Below, one piece after another: positions 23,386 through 37,030 of a stretch of 64,000 bases of DNA. The notes under the pieces were generated by a model. That model had not been told where the DNA came from. It saw only the letters and a program-made list of their open reading frames with translations, and did no database searches. This DNA is from Marsupella aquatica (Eukaryota > Plantae > Marchantiophyta): positions 3,237,801 through 3,301,800 of the forward strand of contig OZ316891.1 in NCBI GenBank assembly GCA_973895155.1. Direction: 5' to 3'. Both the position numbers and the translations under genes were made by a program. Within the stretch, counting starts at the first letter, position 1. Each line of letters opens with the position of its first letter.

Positions 23386-24571
23386 CACTATTGCAGTGGT
23401 AGCTCTTCTCCTTTTTCTCTTTCTAGATTTTGGGGGTTTGCATTTGTCTCTTTTGCTCTCCATTGGTGGCTTTGTACGGGCCTTTTTGGTAAATTATGGC
23501 CACCTTTGCTTTTAATATTACATAAATTTCAAAAGATTATTTTCTCTGCGAAGCGTGTACTGAGAGGGTATCCGTGATGCAATCTGGCCCCATTGGAACA
23601 TCCTCCTTCTCAATCTGAGGAACTGAGTAGACGATCACCCATATCACCTTGGTTTTAAATGATTGCTTTCTGTCTGTAGGTGCGAAGCTAATAGTGAGGG
23701 GGTATATCCATGCGGTAAGGTGGCCCCATTACAATGACCCAACATCCTCCTTCTCAATTGGAGGAACACAGTCGACCATCACCTCTCACCAAGCAAAGTC
23801 GGGGGTCACTACAGGACTCGGTTGCGGAGTTCCGTCTGTAAACAAAACTTCAGTGCTTCACGTCAAACTACTAAAAGAAACCTATGGGCCCTTAAGAGCT
23901 GCCAAAAGATCCCAACTTGAAGAGCGGCAAAAAGGATCCCTAGCCCCAAAGTATATATGAGTTACCAGCTTCTGCGAGTCCGGCACTTTACTTCTGGGAA
24001 GATGTACGTGTCTGACCGAGACGACCGGAACCAGAACCGATCGAGACGTTTGAGTTGTGGAGAAATTGAAAAAATGGCGTTCGGATGACCACTGTACACA
24101 GCACTCGATAATTTGCGCTGCAAGCTCAATATTGGTATGAAAACATGGGGCACAAGAACTTACATCAAATATGTTTGTCAGTTTCGTGCATTGCTTAGCA
24201 CGAAACCTGACGTTTCTCCAGCCTGTCTGCTATTCCTATCGCTCCCTGGTTTTTGTCATCTGTGACGTTGTTGTTAGGTTGTTTGTTGTAATTGTGGTTC
24301 ACTATGAGTCGAGCGGGTATTTGAATTCTCCCTATCACCATGTATATATTGCAATTCTATCTCTCATATCTCGAGCATTTTTTCTGCCTGATTATTAATC
24401 TTGGTATTTATTTGCACCTGAAATAAGTGTGTATCTTAACTGTATTTGCGTCTTCTGATCATTTAAAATCTATGCACCACTGAACTTTTGGTGCACATCA
24501 GGAACATCTTCCTCCAACGTCATTTGCTTCCTTTCTCTCCGGCCTGTCATTCGTGTGAATCTCCATGAACG

Positions 24572-27090
24572 ATGGCTTCTATTCACAGTCAGGGATCGAC
24601 GGAAAAAGACGTCGTGTCATCAATGTCTATAGACTTTGCAGCAGCATCTCAAATTAATGTCATCAGCAACAGCAGCGACATCGACACAGCATTTAAGTAC
24701 ATTCAAAATGCTTCCAGTGGCGACATCGATACCTCGACCGTGGACCTTGCAGCATTGCGGAGGAGAATCGACCTACGAATCTTGCCAGTCTTGTTCCTCT
24801 CCGGCATTGTGCAATTTCTCGACAAAATCAACCTTAACGTACGTGAATCAAATCCATTCGCTTAGACTCACGTACATAGCTCGTTCTTCGCAAGCGGAAT
24901 ATCAATAATAGACTAGATAATATTGCCACCTTGAATTGCTTACATAGTTGCGGAGAAAGATGTTTACTCTAACTCACACTTGTGATTGCTAGTACGCGGC
25001 TATAATGGGTCTCAATCAAGACCTGCACCTCAAAGGCAATGACTACTCGAATGTATCCACTGCTTTCTTCGTCGCATTCCTGATCTTTGAAGTGCCAACC
25101 GGTAAGCAAAAGCTACGTACTCACCATCTCAACTCGTTTCTCATCAACTGTTCGATATCATGCCAACTTATTGCATGTCGATCTGGCCATTTTTGATTTA
25201 CCACAACATGCAGGCTTGATTCTCCAGAAGCTCCCTGTGGGAAAGTTGCTCGGTGGCAACTTGATAGTCTGGGGCATTGTAACAGCCTGCACTGCTGCAA
25301 CAACCAATTATACCACCCTCCTTGTGGTAAGAATCATCCTGGGAGTCTTCGAAGCAGGCATCTTGCCCTGCAGTGTACTGATCACGTCGCAATGGTACAG
25401 ACGCAGCGAGCAGCCTCCCCGATTTGCGTTCTGGTTTTGTGGAGTCGCTGTAGGACAGATTCTAGGTGGGGTCATATCGTTTGCGTTCCAGAACGTCGGG
25501 CCCGGGACGAGTCTCGCGGGCTGGAGAATCATGTTCGTTATGCTTGGCGCTGTGACGGTGCTAGTCGGGGCGCTGGCTGCGTGGACGTTGCCGGACACGC
25601 CGATGACCGCGAAGTGGATGAACAAGGTGGAGAAAGTTGCGCTGCTGAACCACGTGAGTGAGAACAGAACGGGAATTCAAAATCATCGGTTCAAGCTGTC
25701 GCAAGTAGTGGAGCTGCTGCTCGATGTGCAGATGTGGCTCTTGAGCACTATTACTATCTTGGTACGTATGTGACGGCCTTTGGTTTGACTTGCAGAAAGG
25801 ATTTTGCATTCCAACGTTAATTTCTCCGTATCGTAGCCTCACCTGTTAGATATGCCGCGAAATCAGTTTCGTGGACAGTCAGTTGAACCTGGGCGAAACG
25901 CGACTAAGATCGTATCATACAACTTATCTTTCCAGCTACTAACATTCCCGCAAAACGCTGGTTGACCACGCATGGCGGTTGTGAATGGGCCAATTCGATC
26001 ACCAAACCGGAGGGAGATTCCTCGTCAAATTTTGAAAGGGTTCGAAGTGCTGGACATACTATAGTCGCTGACGGATTTGGTTGGAAGAGAGCTCGAACCA
26101 TTGAACCGAGTTTAATTGATGTCTCGATACAAGAATTCTCTCTTAATAATTTATGAGCCTCTTCTAGGATTTCTAAACAGCATATTTCAGTGACAGCCAT
26201 ATATTCTAATCTGGTTTGAAGAACACTCGAACCCAAACTGGATTCCTTTGCATGAAAATCTGAAATGAATCTTGGAGGAAGATTAGATCAATGCTCAACT
26301 GTCCTCTTGGAAAACTTGTAAGTCATTGGTACTGTAGTACTGACAGTAGCGGCCTTCTCTTCTAGAGTACGAAATTCCCATATCACGTAATCGACCATTG
26401 TTGTTACGTTCTGATTAACTCTTTTGTCTCTTGGATGAACAACAGAACACCATCTCCTCCGGCATCAACTTAAGCTACTCCGCGACCATCATCCGCAACT
26501 TCGGGTACACGCCCAAGCGCGCCACCCTCCTCGGCTTGCCATCAGGAGCCGTCTCCATCCTTGCCAATATCATTGTTGGCTACGGCGTAGCCTACATCAC
26601 CAAGGGCCACCGTTGGTTTTGGATCGTCGCCTGCTGCATCTGTGGTATCATTGCCGGTGCCCTGCTGTCCTTCTCCCCATCCTCTAACCGGGCCGCCTTG
26701 CTCACAGGAGTCTATCTCGTCACCAGCGGGACACCAGCTGGAATCCTTGTGTATCAGTTAGTCATTGCGAACGTGGCAGGAAACACTAAACGAAATGTTG
26801 CAACTGCAATGATCGTAGCGAGTTCTGCCGTGGGGAATATAATTGGCCCACAGACTTTCCGGCCGCACGACGCCCCAAAGTATCATGTCGCAAAAATCAT
26901 TTTCCTTGCAACGCAGGCAGGTGGCGCCACTTTGACAATCGTGCTCTTCGGTTATTATGTGTGGGCGAATAGGCGGAAAGAGCGACGACAGAAGAAATTG
27001 GTGAGTGAGGGGGTGGCGCTCAATTCTCTGGAGGACACATGGGGAAATCTTACAGATAAGGATAACGTTGAGTTTAGATATGCTTATTGA
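24572..27090 (+). CDS. MFS transporter, fungal Dal5/allantoate-permease (anion:cation symporter) family, copy 1; exons 24572-24838, 24993-25101, 25214-25761, 26446-27090 (522 aa)
   Basis: Motifs RRIDLRILPVL..QFLDKINLNYAAIMGL, LQKLPVGK, RIILGVFEA, WYRRSEQPPR, NVAGNTKR, GNIIGPQTF..APKY and C-terminal LTDKDNVEFRYAY. GT-AG junctions give a continuous 1569-nt frame. Confidence 0.92.
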
Positions 27091-30003
27091 GATTGTGGTA
27101 GGGGAAGAAATGTTTGCAGGGCGAAATGTAAACTAAGATTCGATGAGGGTTTTATGTATTGAACGGTTTAGACCATGAAATTCGGACGTGAGAATTTGCA
27201 TAAACGACCTTGAGAATTTCTAGATACCTACTAGAGGGTATATCTACACAAAACTTAGTACCTAGAGAAATTCTACGTCTCTTGGCGTTGAGATCGATAC
27301 TACAAGGAGTTAGAGATAGAAGAAAGTCAGATTGCAGGTTCCTCGATCTTCGAAATGAAAGTGGTCCGGAGCGAGAGCTCTGTAATGATCTAATGATATC
27401 TGCAGGCTACACGTTTTTCAAAGTCAAAGTGGAGAGAGCGCTCGGTAATGAGGTATTTGCGAAGATTGAACACGTACTGATCAATTTTTGATCTGAAAGT
27501 GACTCAGATCATTACGGTCTTGCATGGCAAGTCGCTTGAAATCAATGCTATAATTGAAATCGCTATGAATGTAGCTCTCTCGGTACTTCTATGATGAAAT
27601 TCTTTGATAGGGATTTAGTTATATGCAGCTGTACGAGGCAATACTTCGGAAATTAATAAACCGTCGAGTCAATTGATAGATGAATTGGCGTAGGTTGTTT
27701 GCTTATGAGCTTGCCAGCCGCACAGTCGACGTCCGTTCTGTGCGCACGGGGACAATCTAGCTCTAGATAGCACGTCAGATTGGTTTCGACAACAAATCCA
27801 AGCTGTAATGGACCATCCAAGCCAAGTGTGTCAATTTCGAATGCTGGCATCAGACATCGTCTGGACTCATTTGTCTCGAAGGTAAGCTTTACTTCCGGAT
27901 GAGCGGAAATGGGCGAGAAATGACAAGAGTGGCAAACGCGTTCATACGGAGTAAGACTATCCTAGATTGGAGGTAATGAAACTATGCCCACATTGATAGT
28001 TACTGTCGACCGTGTCCGCAAAGGATTACGTAGTAGTGTAGACCAAAGAAGAAATCTCAATCCTGGTACAGTAACAGTCACACGTTACGCATTACGCAAC
28101 GGAAGTTCCAGCACAAGTTCACCATTGGAGAGTGCGACTTTCTCCCCAAACACGTACGCCTACCTGCATACAAAACGACGAAACTTCAACACATGAATCA
28201 AGCTCGTGCCTAAGGGCGCTGTCAGCATGTGATCGGCTGGAATGGTGCAAATAAGGGTTTAAGGGACACTCTAAATAAGGGTTTTGTACCATAAACCCAC
28301 ACCTCCCAGGACATCGCTAGATCCATAGTTCAAACAGCTTTTGGGATCATCCATGGGATTATCCATAGGCTGGCTTATAGATTACTATGAATCTATGGAT
28401 ATTTTCTAGTATTATTTAAAACTCTTAGATTGAGTGAGATCGGTATATGACAAAGTATAATATGTGGTATTGAAGTACACGCATATGTCTATTGTATAGC
28501 TTGCTTAGAGTACTTTTTGGTATGGAGCATTAAACTAATAGATTGCTTAGAATACATTTGGGCATGTCAGGAGCATTAAAGTAGAAAAGGATTCACTTCA
28601 GATAATAGTTTTTGGCAGGGGACTAGCACTAAGGGGGAAGGACAATAATTTGACATGAGATTGCTTTTGATTTTGCTATTAAAAAGGGGATTTGGTTTTT
28701 AGAGGTTGATTGTCTTTACTTCCCAACTTTTTCCTCTTTTTCAATGGACCAGTGTGGGAAGAAAAAGGGGGAGGGGGAGGGATGAGGCACTGGGAGGGCA
28801 AGAGGGAAGAGCACAAGGAAAGAAGGAAGAGCACGGGGAGGGGAAAAAATAGGAGACATTTAAAAAAAAACATTCTCCCTGGCCGTCATATAGCACCCCA
28901 TCTAGATCCCACAATGTCTTGCACGTCCTTGCCTGTCTTGCACCCCTCACCCTCCATGCCCTCGTACTCCCAACAACATCACTTTCACAACAACAACATT
29001 GCTAAATAGCAACATTGCGCACCAGCCACCATGCACCCAAACAATATTTTTATGTGCAACCATATTAATGTGACGACACTAATGATACGGCTAGAATCAC
29101 AACACTTCCACACTAATCACACAACTCCATTAATAACAACCCAGTTGAAATGACAATTGACTTTCAGAACTATGATGTAGTTGGAGTGATAACACACCCA
29201 GAAGTAGATTCGACACAAAACATCTTTCACAAGAAGATATTTTTCTTCATTATTTGACATTTTTTGCACAACATCGTTTACACAATAACATATTTTGTTC
29301 AATGCACGTGCATTGATTGAATGAGCTAGTCTTCCCATAAATCTTATGTAACCCAACAAATTCTATTCAGGATAAGAGCTTGATGTCAGATGAGATGCCA
29401 TCCAAGCTTTTACATCTAAAAGGCAAATAATGTTTAAAATACTATTTCCCAAGTTGCAAGAGTGGAACAGCCAGTTGGATAAGACTTTCATGTCTTGTTC
29501 TCCACTCAGACCATTTAAACCAGGATTTTTACACTGTTCCACATCACCATAGTTCAGATGTAACTATGTTCCTATGGAACCCCAAAACCATATCAGACCT
29601 ATTTGTAAATAGGTCTCTTCAGTTGTTCAGAATGAAACTTGCAAGATTGATGTTTGGCTGTCTTGTCATTGCCGACTTCACTGAAAGATCACTTGAGCCA
29701 ACATTAATCTGTCGCTACCTTCTACGCTTGGTGACTTTCTTGAGCTTTAGAGCTGATTGCTTTCAGTTAGCAGTCCACTTGATCTGTTTCCTAGCTTGCT
29801 CACTCTTAGCAAGTAACCCTCTTGATTGATTAAACTTCTCAACTCTTCTGAGGTTAGGAAACAAATGATGAGGGTCATGGATTTGATTGCAGTTGTTTCC
29901 AAGGTTCTAGATGGATATATATAGATGGTCTCATAGATGGTCTGCCAGGTTTAGACGCCAATGAAAACCAAGAATGAGCTTGAAGAATTTGATTCTGGAC
30001 TTT

Positions 30004-30025
30004 CTTTAGGGTTTAGGGTTTAGGG
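30004..30025 (+). repeat. Three interstitial plant telomere-type repeats (TTTAGGG)
   Basis: TTTAGGGTTTAGGGTTTAGGG seen directly. Confidence 0.6.
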
Positions 30026-30074
30026 TCAGCACAAGTGCTGACACTTGTGCTGACAATGGCGATGCAGGCATACC

Positions 30075-30330
30075 CTGGGGTCCTCACTTATTTCCTTTCT
30101 ACCCATCATGCGAAAGTAAGTATAGGGTTTGTTTATTGGGTTGAGAAGAATGCTTTTAAAGTTATGCAAAAGAAATTAGGGTTTTTTAAATCCAATTTTG
30201 AGAATTGTAAGAAAGATGGGGTTTTAGAAATGAATTTTGGGAATATTTTTAGAATATTCCAAAAAGATAGGGGTAGAAAAATAGTTCAAAAAAGCCTTTT
30301 ATTTTTATTTTTATTTTTATTTTTTAGGGT
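30075..30330. repeat. Interspersed repeat, with an inverted copy at ~40860-41085
   Basis: GGGGTCCTCACTT..ACCCATCATGC..TAAGTATAGG matches the reverse complement of 41020-41083. Confidence 0.65.
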
Positions 30331-30474
30331 GTTGAATAGCAAAAAACGTCAAGTGTGATATGAGACCCCCTTTAGAATGAGGCCCCCGAGCATACCTAGT
30401 GCTTGTTGACTGCTTTCAACCAGGTAATTGAGCTTCCATTGAAAATTAGGTGATGGTGAGTCTTTCAAGACCAA

Positions 30475-30830
30475 TTGCCATTGCAGCAGACTTGGGCGGC
30501 CCTCCTGGGATTGAAAATGAGACTCTACATGAATGTTGTGTACCAATCTCCGTGGTACGCCTCTGCTTGTGTGCTGCAGATCTGCCCCAAATTGAGTAGT
30601 GAGTCAGGTGAAAATCATGGTTGGGAAAAAATGCAAGGGATCCTAAACTCACAACCCACCCTCCAGCCACTACTTTATATCCAAGTTGCCAAGCTATAGC
30701 ATTATGGGTGGGAATCTGTCCCATGTCTCCTCCGCTAACTCCCAGATCGATCTATGTCACAAGGAAAATGTGGCATGCATGCCATACTTAGATTGCATTG
30801 CATGTACTCTATGATATTACTTCTCACTCA
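30475..30830 (+). repeat. Duplicated non-coding block, second copy at ~37865-38200
   Basis: Shared CCATTG.AGCAGACTTGG..GATTGAAAATG, GTGAGT.AGGTGA.AATCATGG..AAAATGCAAGGG and GAAAATGTGGCATGC. Confidence 0.7.
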
Positions 30831-33800
30831 AGGTGGTTTAACGAGATGTTGGGGGCACTTATGACTTCAATTCACCAAAGCAAATTGGAAGGCCACTTTT
30901 TGTTCTAAACGCACACGTGAGAAGAAAAATCTTCTAAATTGAGGTTTAAGAAACTGGAAACAAGCAATTGGTGGCAACTTCTTGGTAAGCCACATCCACA
31001 TACCCTCAATTACAAAGAGAGCTCATGCCTCCATCCTTACTAACCTCAAAAGTCAATATTTTTTCCCGCCTTTCTTCTCCGTTACAAGCTTCAGTTATTT
31101 CCATCGTTGGGGACTCTTGGGTTTTTTGGGCTCCTACCTTGGTCTCCCCCTTTTTGTTCATTGGCAGCATGATATTAAGGTTGCTCCAGTGACGTTAAAC
31201 AACCTTTCCCAATTAATCATATTTGAAAGCTTTTCGGACTATAGGACCTACATTAATCAGCAAATTAACTTTTATATAGATAATCAAAGGTGCGAGGATC
31301 CAAGAATAACATAAAGTAGCTTGTCTTGCACTGTTTATGGCTAAAAAAGAATCATATGTTAAGGAGAAAATCCGCTTTTTTCAAGAGTTGGTACATATGA
31401 CAAAATCATCCTGACTTTGTACCTGCTCTTCCCTGCTCATGGCCTTACAAAGTGTTGGCCCCCGATCTACGTGTGTAAAAACCAAAAAGTTAAAAGTTCC
31501 AAAAATTGTGTATCCAGAGTGTAATCTGCATATGTCTTCATAAGAGTTCTTGATAGTCATGCATTTGCGTATGCCTGGGTACCACATGACGTACCCATAT
31601 ATGTAGTTCTTGTGGACTAAGTTAATTATTGTCTTACTTCTTACACAGACAAGAAGCTTTGTGATTCCACATGGACACATTTTTTAATTTCAGTGCAGTC
31701 CATTATGTGAGACCATATATATAGCTGTTCATGATGGCATGAGAGATGTAAGACAGTATGCTCAGGTTCTCTCTAAGATTTTGGTACACATGGAGTAGGA
31801 GGTCATGCTCAATTTTCCTGGTCCTTCACATTGCAATTATGCGTTGATCTTACTATGGTTGGAGATGGCATGGCCAGCGTACATAGGCTGATGTTGTGGT
31901 GGCCAACCCTTTGCAATATGACATCAACAACATTCCAGGAAAAGACGCAGGGCCGGGAGCAACAAAACAGACAAACTATGTTTCATGAGTTTCATCGGAC
32001 AATTTCCTCCGGCCCCTGACCATTTGCGTGGCTCTATCATTTATTTGATGGGCTTCTTTGACAGGCAACGTACGTGAGACATTCAAGGATGTTTCATAGG
32101 ACCACCACTATTCATTTTGATCAAACATTTCTATCAGCAAAATTTGGTGACTCTACATTATATATGCTTAAGCTCAAGCAGGAGCTTGAGGGATGTATTG
32201 TAGATCTCTAGCTGTGGGTGCTAGTGTGCCTCCCTAAGGCTTTGCCCCATGAGAGTACATCCATGTCCCACTGTCTTGCATATTTAGTTAAAAACATACT
32301 AGAAGCATTTCATTTCCTCATGACACATTTGCATTAGATATGGATCACATCATTCCTCACACTATTGCAATGGTAGTTCCTTCTCTTTTTTCCTCCTTTT
32401 TCTCTTTCTGTATTCATTTTCACTAGTGCATTAATGGTAGCTCTTTTCCTTTTTTCTCTTTCTAGATTTAAGTATTGCAATCATAGATCCTTCATTTTTG
32501 AATTTCGGGGGTCAGCACTTGCCTCTTCGATCTACAATGTTGGTGTTTGACCTTGTTTGCTCCCTTTTTGTAAACTATGACCACCTTAGTTTGCTTTTAA
32601 TGTTATATATCACAAGGCCAAAGGATGAAAATGTCAAACTGGGAGACAAGGTCCCAAAGGCAAAGCAACCCGTTAAAGGAAGGAAGAGGAAAGGGAAAAG
32701 GCCCCAATAACTAAGACCAACAAGGCCTGGTCAACAAGCCAAGTACTCTATATCCACCACAACAATATATAAACAACAATCAAAGAACCCACTAGGGCCA
32801 CAGAGTGTAATCTATCGAGAGGCCCTAAAACCCCTAAAACCAACTGCTTAGGCTCTACTTGAGGGGAGGGAATATTAGCTAGGTTTGTTTTTAAAAGATT
32901 GCAGGGTGATGCAAGCTAGCTGGCCCCATTGCAACTTCAATTAGTGGGATAGAGTTAGTAGGCTATATAATTATCACCTGCATTACCATGGTTTTAAGAG
33001 ATTGCTTACTGTGTGCTTGGGGTTTGGGGGGGGGGGGGGGACGGGGGACGATGGTTCAGTTCCATGGAAATGAACCTCCCATGTAACCATATACATGGTC
33101 ATTTTAATCATTTTTTAGAAAAACATATTAATATATTAAGTTGTCAACTGAAATATAGGGTTGTTTAATTGTAAAATGTATGACTGTAACTAAATATGTA
33201 TCTGGTTATGTATCATCATGTGATTGGTGTCGTACAACTTTATATAAAGTGAGTTAGGGGGCCATAAATGGTCAACCCAAACATTTGCACCTGATGTATG
33301 GCCTTACATACAGTAGTGACCCCCTTGGGAGTTTCACTTTCACAAAAATGACACATCACGTGCGACAAAGAATATGGTCGTTTTATTGATTTGAAGGGAA
33401 GATTTATTATAAGAATTTTTGCAGAAAAACAATAGGATCTTTTAAATTCAATTTTGAGACTTATAAGAACACCAATTTTTTTTTACATTTTAGGGGGTTT
33501 GAGGCCTAAAAATGTCGCAGGGATGAGGAGGCATCCATATAGTGAGACCCCCAAGGTGAGCCCTCAAGTTTGTGTGTAGGTATTACACACTAAAGACATG
33601 GGTATCTGTGATGCAAGTTGGGCCATCGGAGAAACCATCTCAATCTCAAGAAAAGTGTAGACAACCATCTCTATCTCTCATCAACCAAGTCAAGGATAAC
33701 TAAAGGACTCAGTTGCAAAGTTACTTCTGTCAACAAAACTCCATTGTTTCACTTCAAACTACTAAAAGAAACCTATGGCGTTTAAAACTTGACGGGGTAC

Positions 33801-34746
33801 CAAGAAAACTTGGCAAAATACGCTAGCCTAGATCCAAAAGGTTCCAGGTTCAATCTCCCCGGCCTCCACACTCAGCTCACACCCTCTTGGATTCCTCAAT
33901 ACCTTTCTCCTCCACACGCTCCCCTTGTGGGTTACCCTACACTGATCCATAGTATCGTCTCCCTTGTAGGGTAAATAGTGATGCATTCTCTGTTGGATGC
34001 ATACTCTGTTAAAAGGGTTGGATGGGTCTACTTTTGGTTTTCAAGACAACCATAAAAAAGATCCCTGGCTTGTAAGGATATATGAGCTAAAAGGACTTTG
34101 GACACCAGGGGTAAGACGAGCTTTTGGCAGTCGACCACTTTACTTTCTGAGAAAACCGAGAGCTTTGAGTCGTGGTCAAATTGAAAAAGTGGAGTTCTGA
34201 TGACCGCTGTTGCTTACAGCACTCGATAATTTGCATTGCAAGCTCAATACTGGTATGGGTACGTGGGGCACAAGCATTTACACTAATATATTACGCGGGT
34301 GGATCTTCAGATTAGTCAGTTTCATACTTTGCGTAGCGAAAAACCTGACATTTCCGCCGCTTGTGTTGTTTCCGATCGCTCCGTCGTTTCCTGTCACCCC
34401 GCCTGTCACCTGTGATGTTATCGTTAGGTTATTTGCTGTAATTAACTGTGCTTCACAATGAGTCGAGCTGGTGTTTGCATGCATTCTCCGATCATCATGT
34501 ATCATGATTCGATCTCTCATCTGTCAACATTTGTTCCTGCCTGATTGTCAATTGACCGCACATCCAGCGTCTTAAGTAGGTATCATGTATTTTGATATTT
34601 GCATCTTCTGCCAGTCATTTTCCAATAAACTGTATGAACCAATAAAATCTATGAACCACTGAGCTTTCGTTGCACATCAGAAACATCTTCTGCCGACGTT
34701 ATTTGCTTCCATTTTCTCCTGTCATCCGTGTGAACCTGCAAGAAGG

Positions 34747-36055
34747 ATGGCTTCTATCCACGGAAAAAGACGTGAGGTTATCAACGTCTATAGTTGTAGC
34801 ACCATCTCAAATTAATGCCATTAGCAGCAGCAGCGGTTTAATTTTGACTTGGCATTTAAGTACATTCAAAATGCTTCCATTCATTGGTGACATTGATACC
34901 TCGAATGTGGACCTTGCAGCCCTGCGGAGGACAATCGACGTACGAATCCTGCCAGTCTTGTTACTCTGCGGTATTATGCTATTTCTCGACAGGATCAACT
35001 TCAACGTACGTCAATCCAAACCATTTGGTTACCTACGTGTGTAACTGGTTCTTCGAGCAAAATACCAATAACAGACTACGTTATATGCCACCTTGAATTG
35101 CTAAATTGCGGAGAAAGAATTTTATTCGAACTAACACTATCGTACATATGAGTAGTACATATACGGGGCTGTGATGGGCCTCAATGCGGAACTGACCTCA
35201 GTGGCAATCCTGATCTCCGAAGTGCCAACCGGTAAGCAAAAGCTACGTACTCACCGCCTCGATCAACTCGTTTCTCATCAACTGCTCGAGAGCATACCAT
35301 CTTACTGCATGTCTCGCGGCTTGACGCTCCAGAAGCTCCCAGTGGGAAAATTGCTCGGCGCATGGCAACTTGATGCCGGTGTGGGGCATCCATACAGCCT
35401 GCACAGCTGCATGCAACAACCAATATATTGCACTACGCTCCTTGTTGTGAGAATCGTCCTGGGAGTCTTTGAGGCAGCCATCTTGCATGCCCTGTTCTGA
35501 TCTCGTCGCAATGGTACAGACGCAACGAGCAAGCTCTGCGATTCACGTTCTGGTTTTACCGTCTCCCTCCTTGCCAATTTATTATCGTTGGCTACGGCGT
35601 AACCTACATCACCAAAGGCCACCGCTGCTTTTGGATCGTCGCCTGCTGCATTGTGGCATCGTTGACGGTGCCCTACTGTCCTTCTCCCCATCCTAAGACC
35701 GGCCCGCCTTGCTTGCAGGCAGTCATGTCTCCAGCAGGACACCTACTGGAATCCTGATCTATCAGTGGATCATGACTAATAACGCAGGAAACACTAATTA
35801 AGCGAAGCTAGTGTCGCAAGCGCAATGATCGCCTTGGCCCACAGACTTTCGGCGCAGGACACCCCCAAGTATCATGCTGCAAAAATCGTTATCCTTGCAA
35901 CGCAGGCAAGTGGCGCCATTTTATTATTATGTGCATGTCGGCGAATAGGCAGAAAGAGCGACGACAGAGGAAACTAGTTAGTAAGAGGCTGGAGATTAAT
36001 TCTCTGGAGGACACATGGGGCAAATTGACAGATAAGCAAAACGTTTAGTGTAGAA
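34747..36055 (+). pseudogene. Allantoate-permease pseudogene, copy 2
   Basis: Colinear with copy 1 (DLAALRRTIDVRILPVL, EVPTG, LQKLPVGK, TLLVVRIVLGVFEAA) but with many indels. A ~1.1-kb deletion near 35558 fuses exon 3 (TTCTGGTTT) to exon 4 (CCGTCTCC). Confidence 0.9.
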
Positions 36056-36699
36056 ACGTCTAGAGGGCGAATTGTGCAAAAAGATGCTGACAGCTTGATT
36101 CATGTGCACAAAGTGCTGTAATGTTTGCTTTCAAAGTAGGGGATGGTGCAGAAAGTGAATGAGGTAGTTCGAATAAACTGTTTATTCCATGAGAATGATC
36201 ATATGTAATCCGTGCTATGCTTGCCACCATTCGTAAGCAGTAAGCTTCGAGAATCCGAGGCTCTGAATCAGAAAAACAGAAAATGGCCCTAAGACCTGCT
36301 TTCTCAGCTACGTACGAGACAACTGTCTTTGTATCTGCAAGTACACTAACCACAGAGACTAGTCACCAATATATACTAGTGGGTAACCTCGCGATGCTTG
36401 CAGCTAGTGCCGTACAGATCGAATCCCAAAGTCCCCATCACGTACTAGCTGCTGAGCAAGTAAAACTATGAGTGCTTCTTGTAAGATTCCTTTGCTGTCA
36501 ATTGACCTGACATGACGATGGCTTCCGATCGCACCATGTATATGTGGATCTGGATCCACGTCCTGACTGCAGTAAGGCGTCGATACATCCATAGAGCCTT
36601 CGCTGTGGTAATTCAACAATCTTCTCCCACTTGCGAGAGTGAATTCGAAGTGCTTCACTGAAACCTTGAATGTGAACTTCTCAAATCGCGACCGAAAGC

Positions 36700-37030
36700 G
36701 AGGGTGAAGGTTGAGTGAGGCACAACTTGGCCTAAGTATCTCAGCTCTATAATATTTTGCGCTAGGATGATCCGCACCATACAGGTTCCGAGGTCTTTCG
36801 TTTTTCTCGAAGTAGCCTCCATCAAATATCCACACTGTTAAACTTTGAAACTCTTCTCCGATCCAGCAAATCAGTTACACTCTGGCAAATCCCTTCCTCA
36901 TGTTGCCTGGTCAGCTTACTCTTCTCTACCCGACAAAGATCGATCCGGAACTTACGGAGTTGTGAGAACTAACTCGAGCAATCTTCATTTTCTAGACCTG
37001 AGCAACAATTATTCTCCTCAGTTGAAATAT
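36700..37030. repeat. Duplicated block downstream of the permease copies (second copy ~52015-52320)
   Basis: Shared TTGAGTGAGGCACAACTT, AATCCCTTC.TCATGTTG and CCGACAAAGATCGAT.CGGAAC. Confidence 0.7.

Noticed and set aside
30004-30025. Chromosome end or fusion site
   Set aside because: Only three repeats; such telo-box tracts are common in plant repeats.
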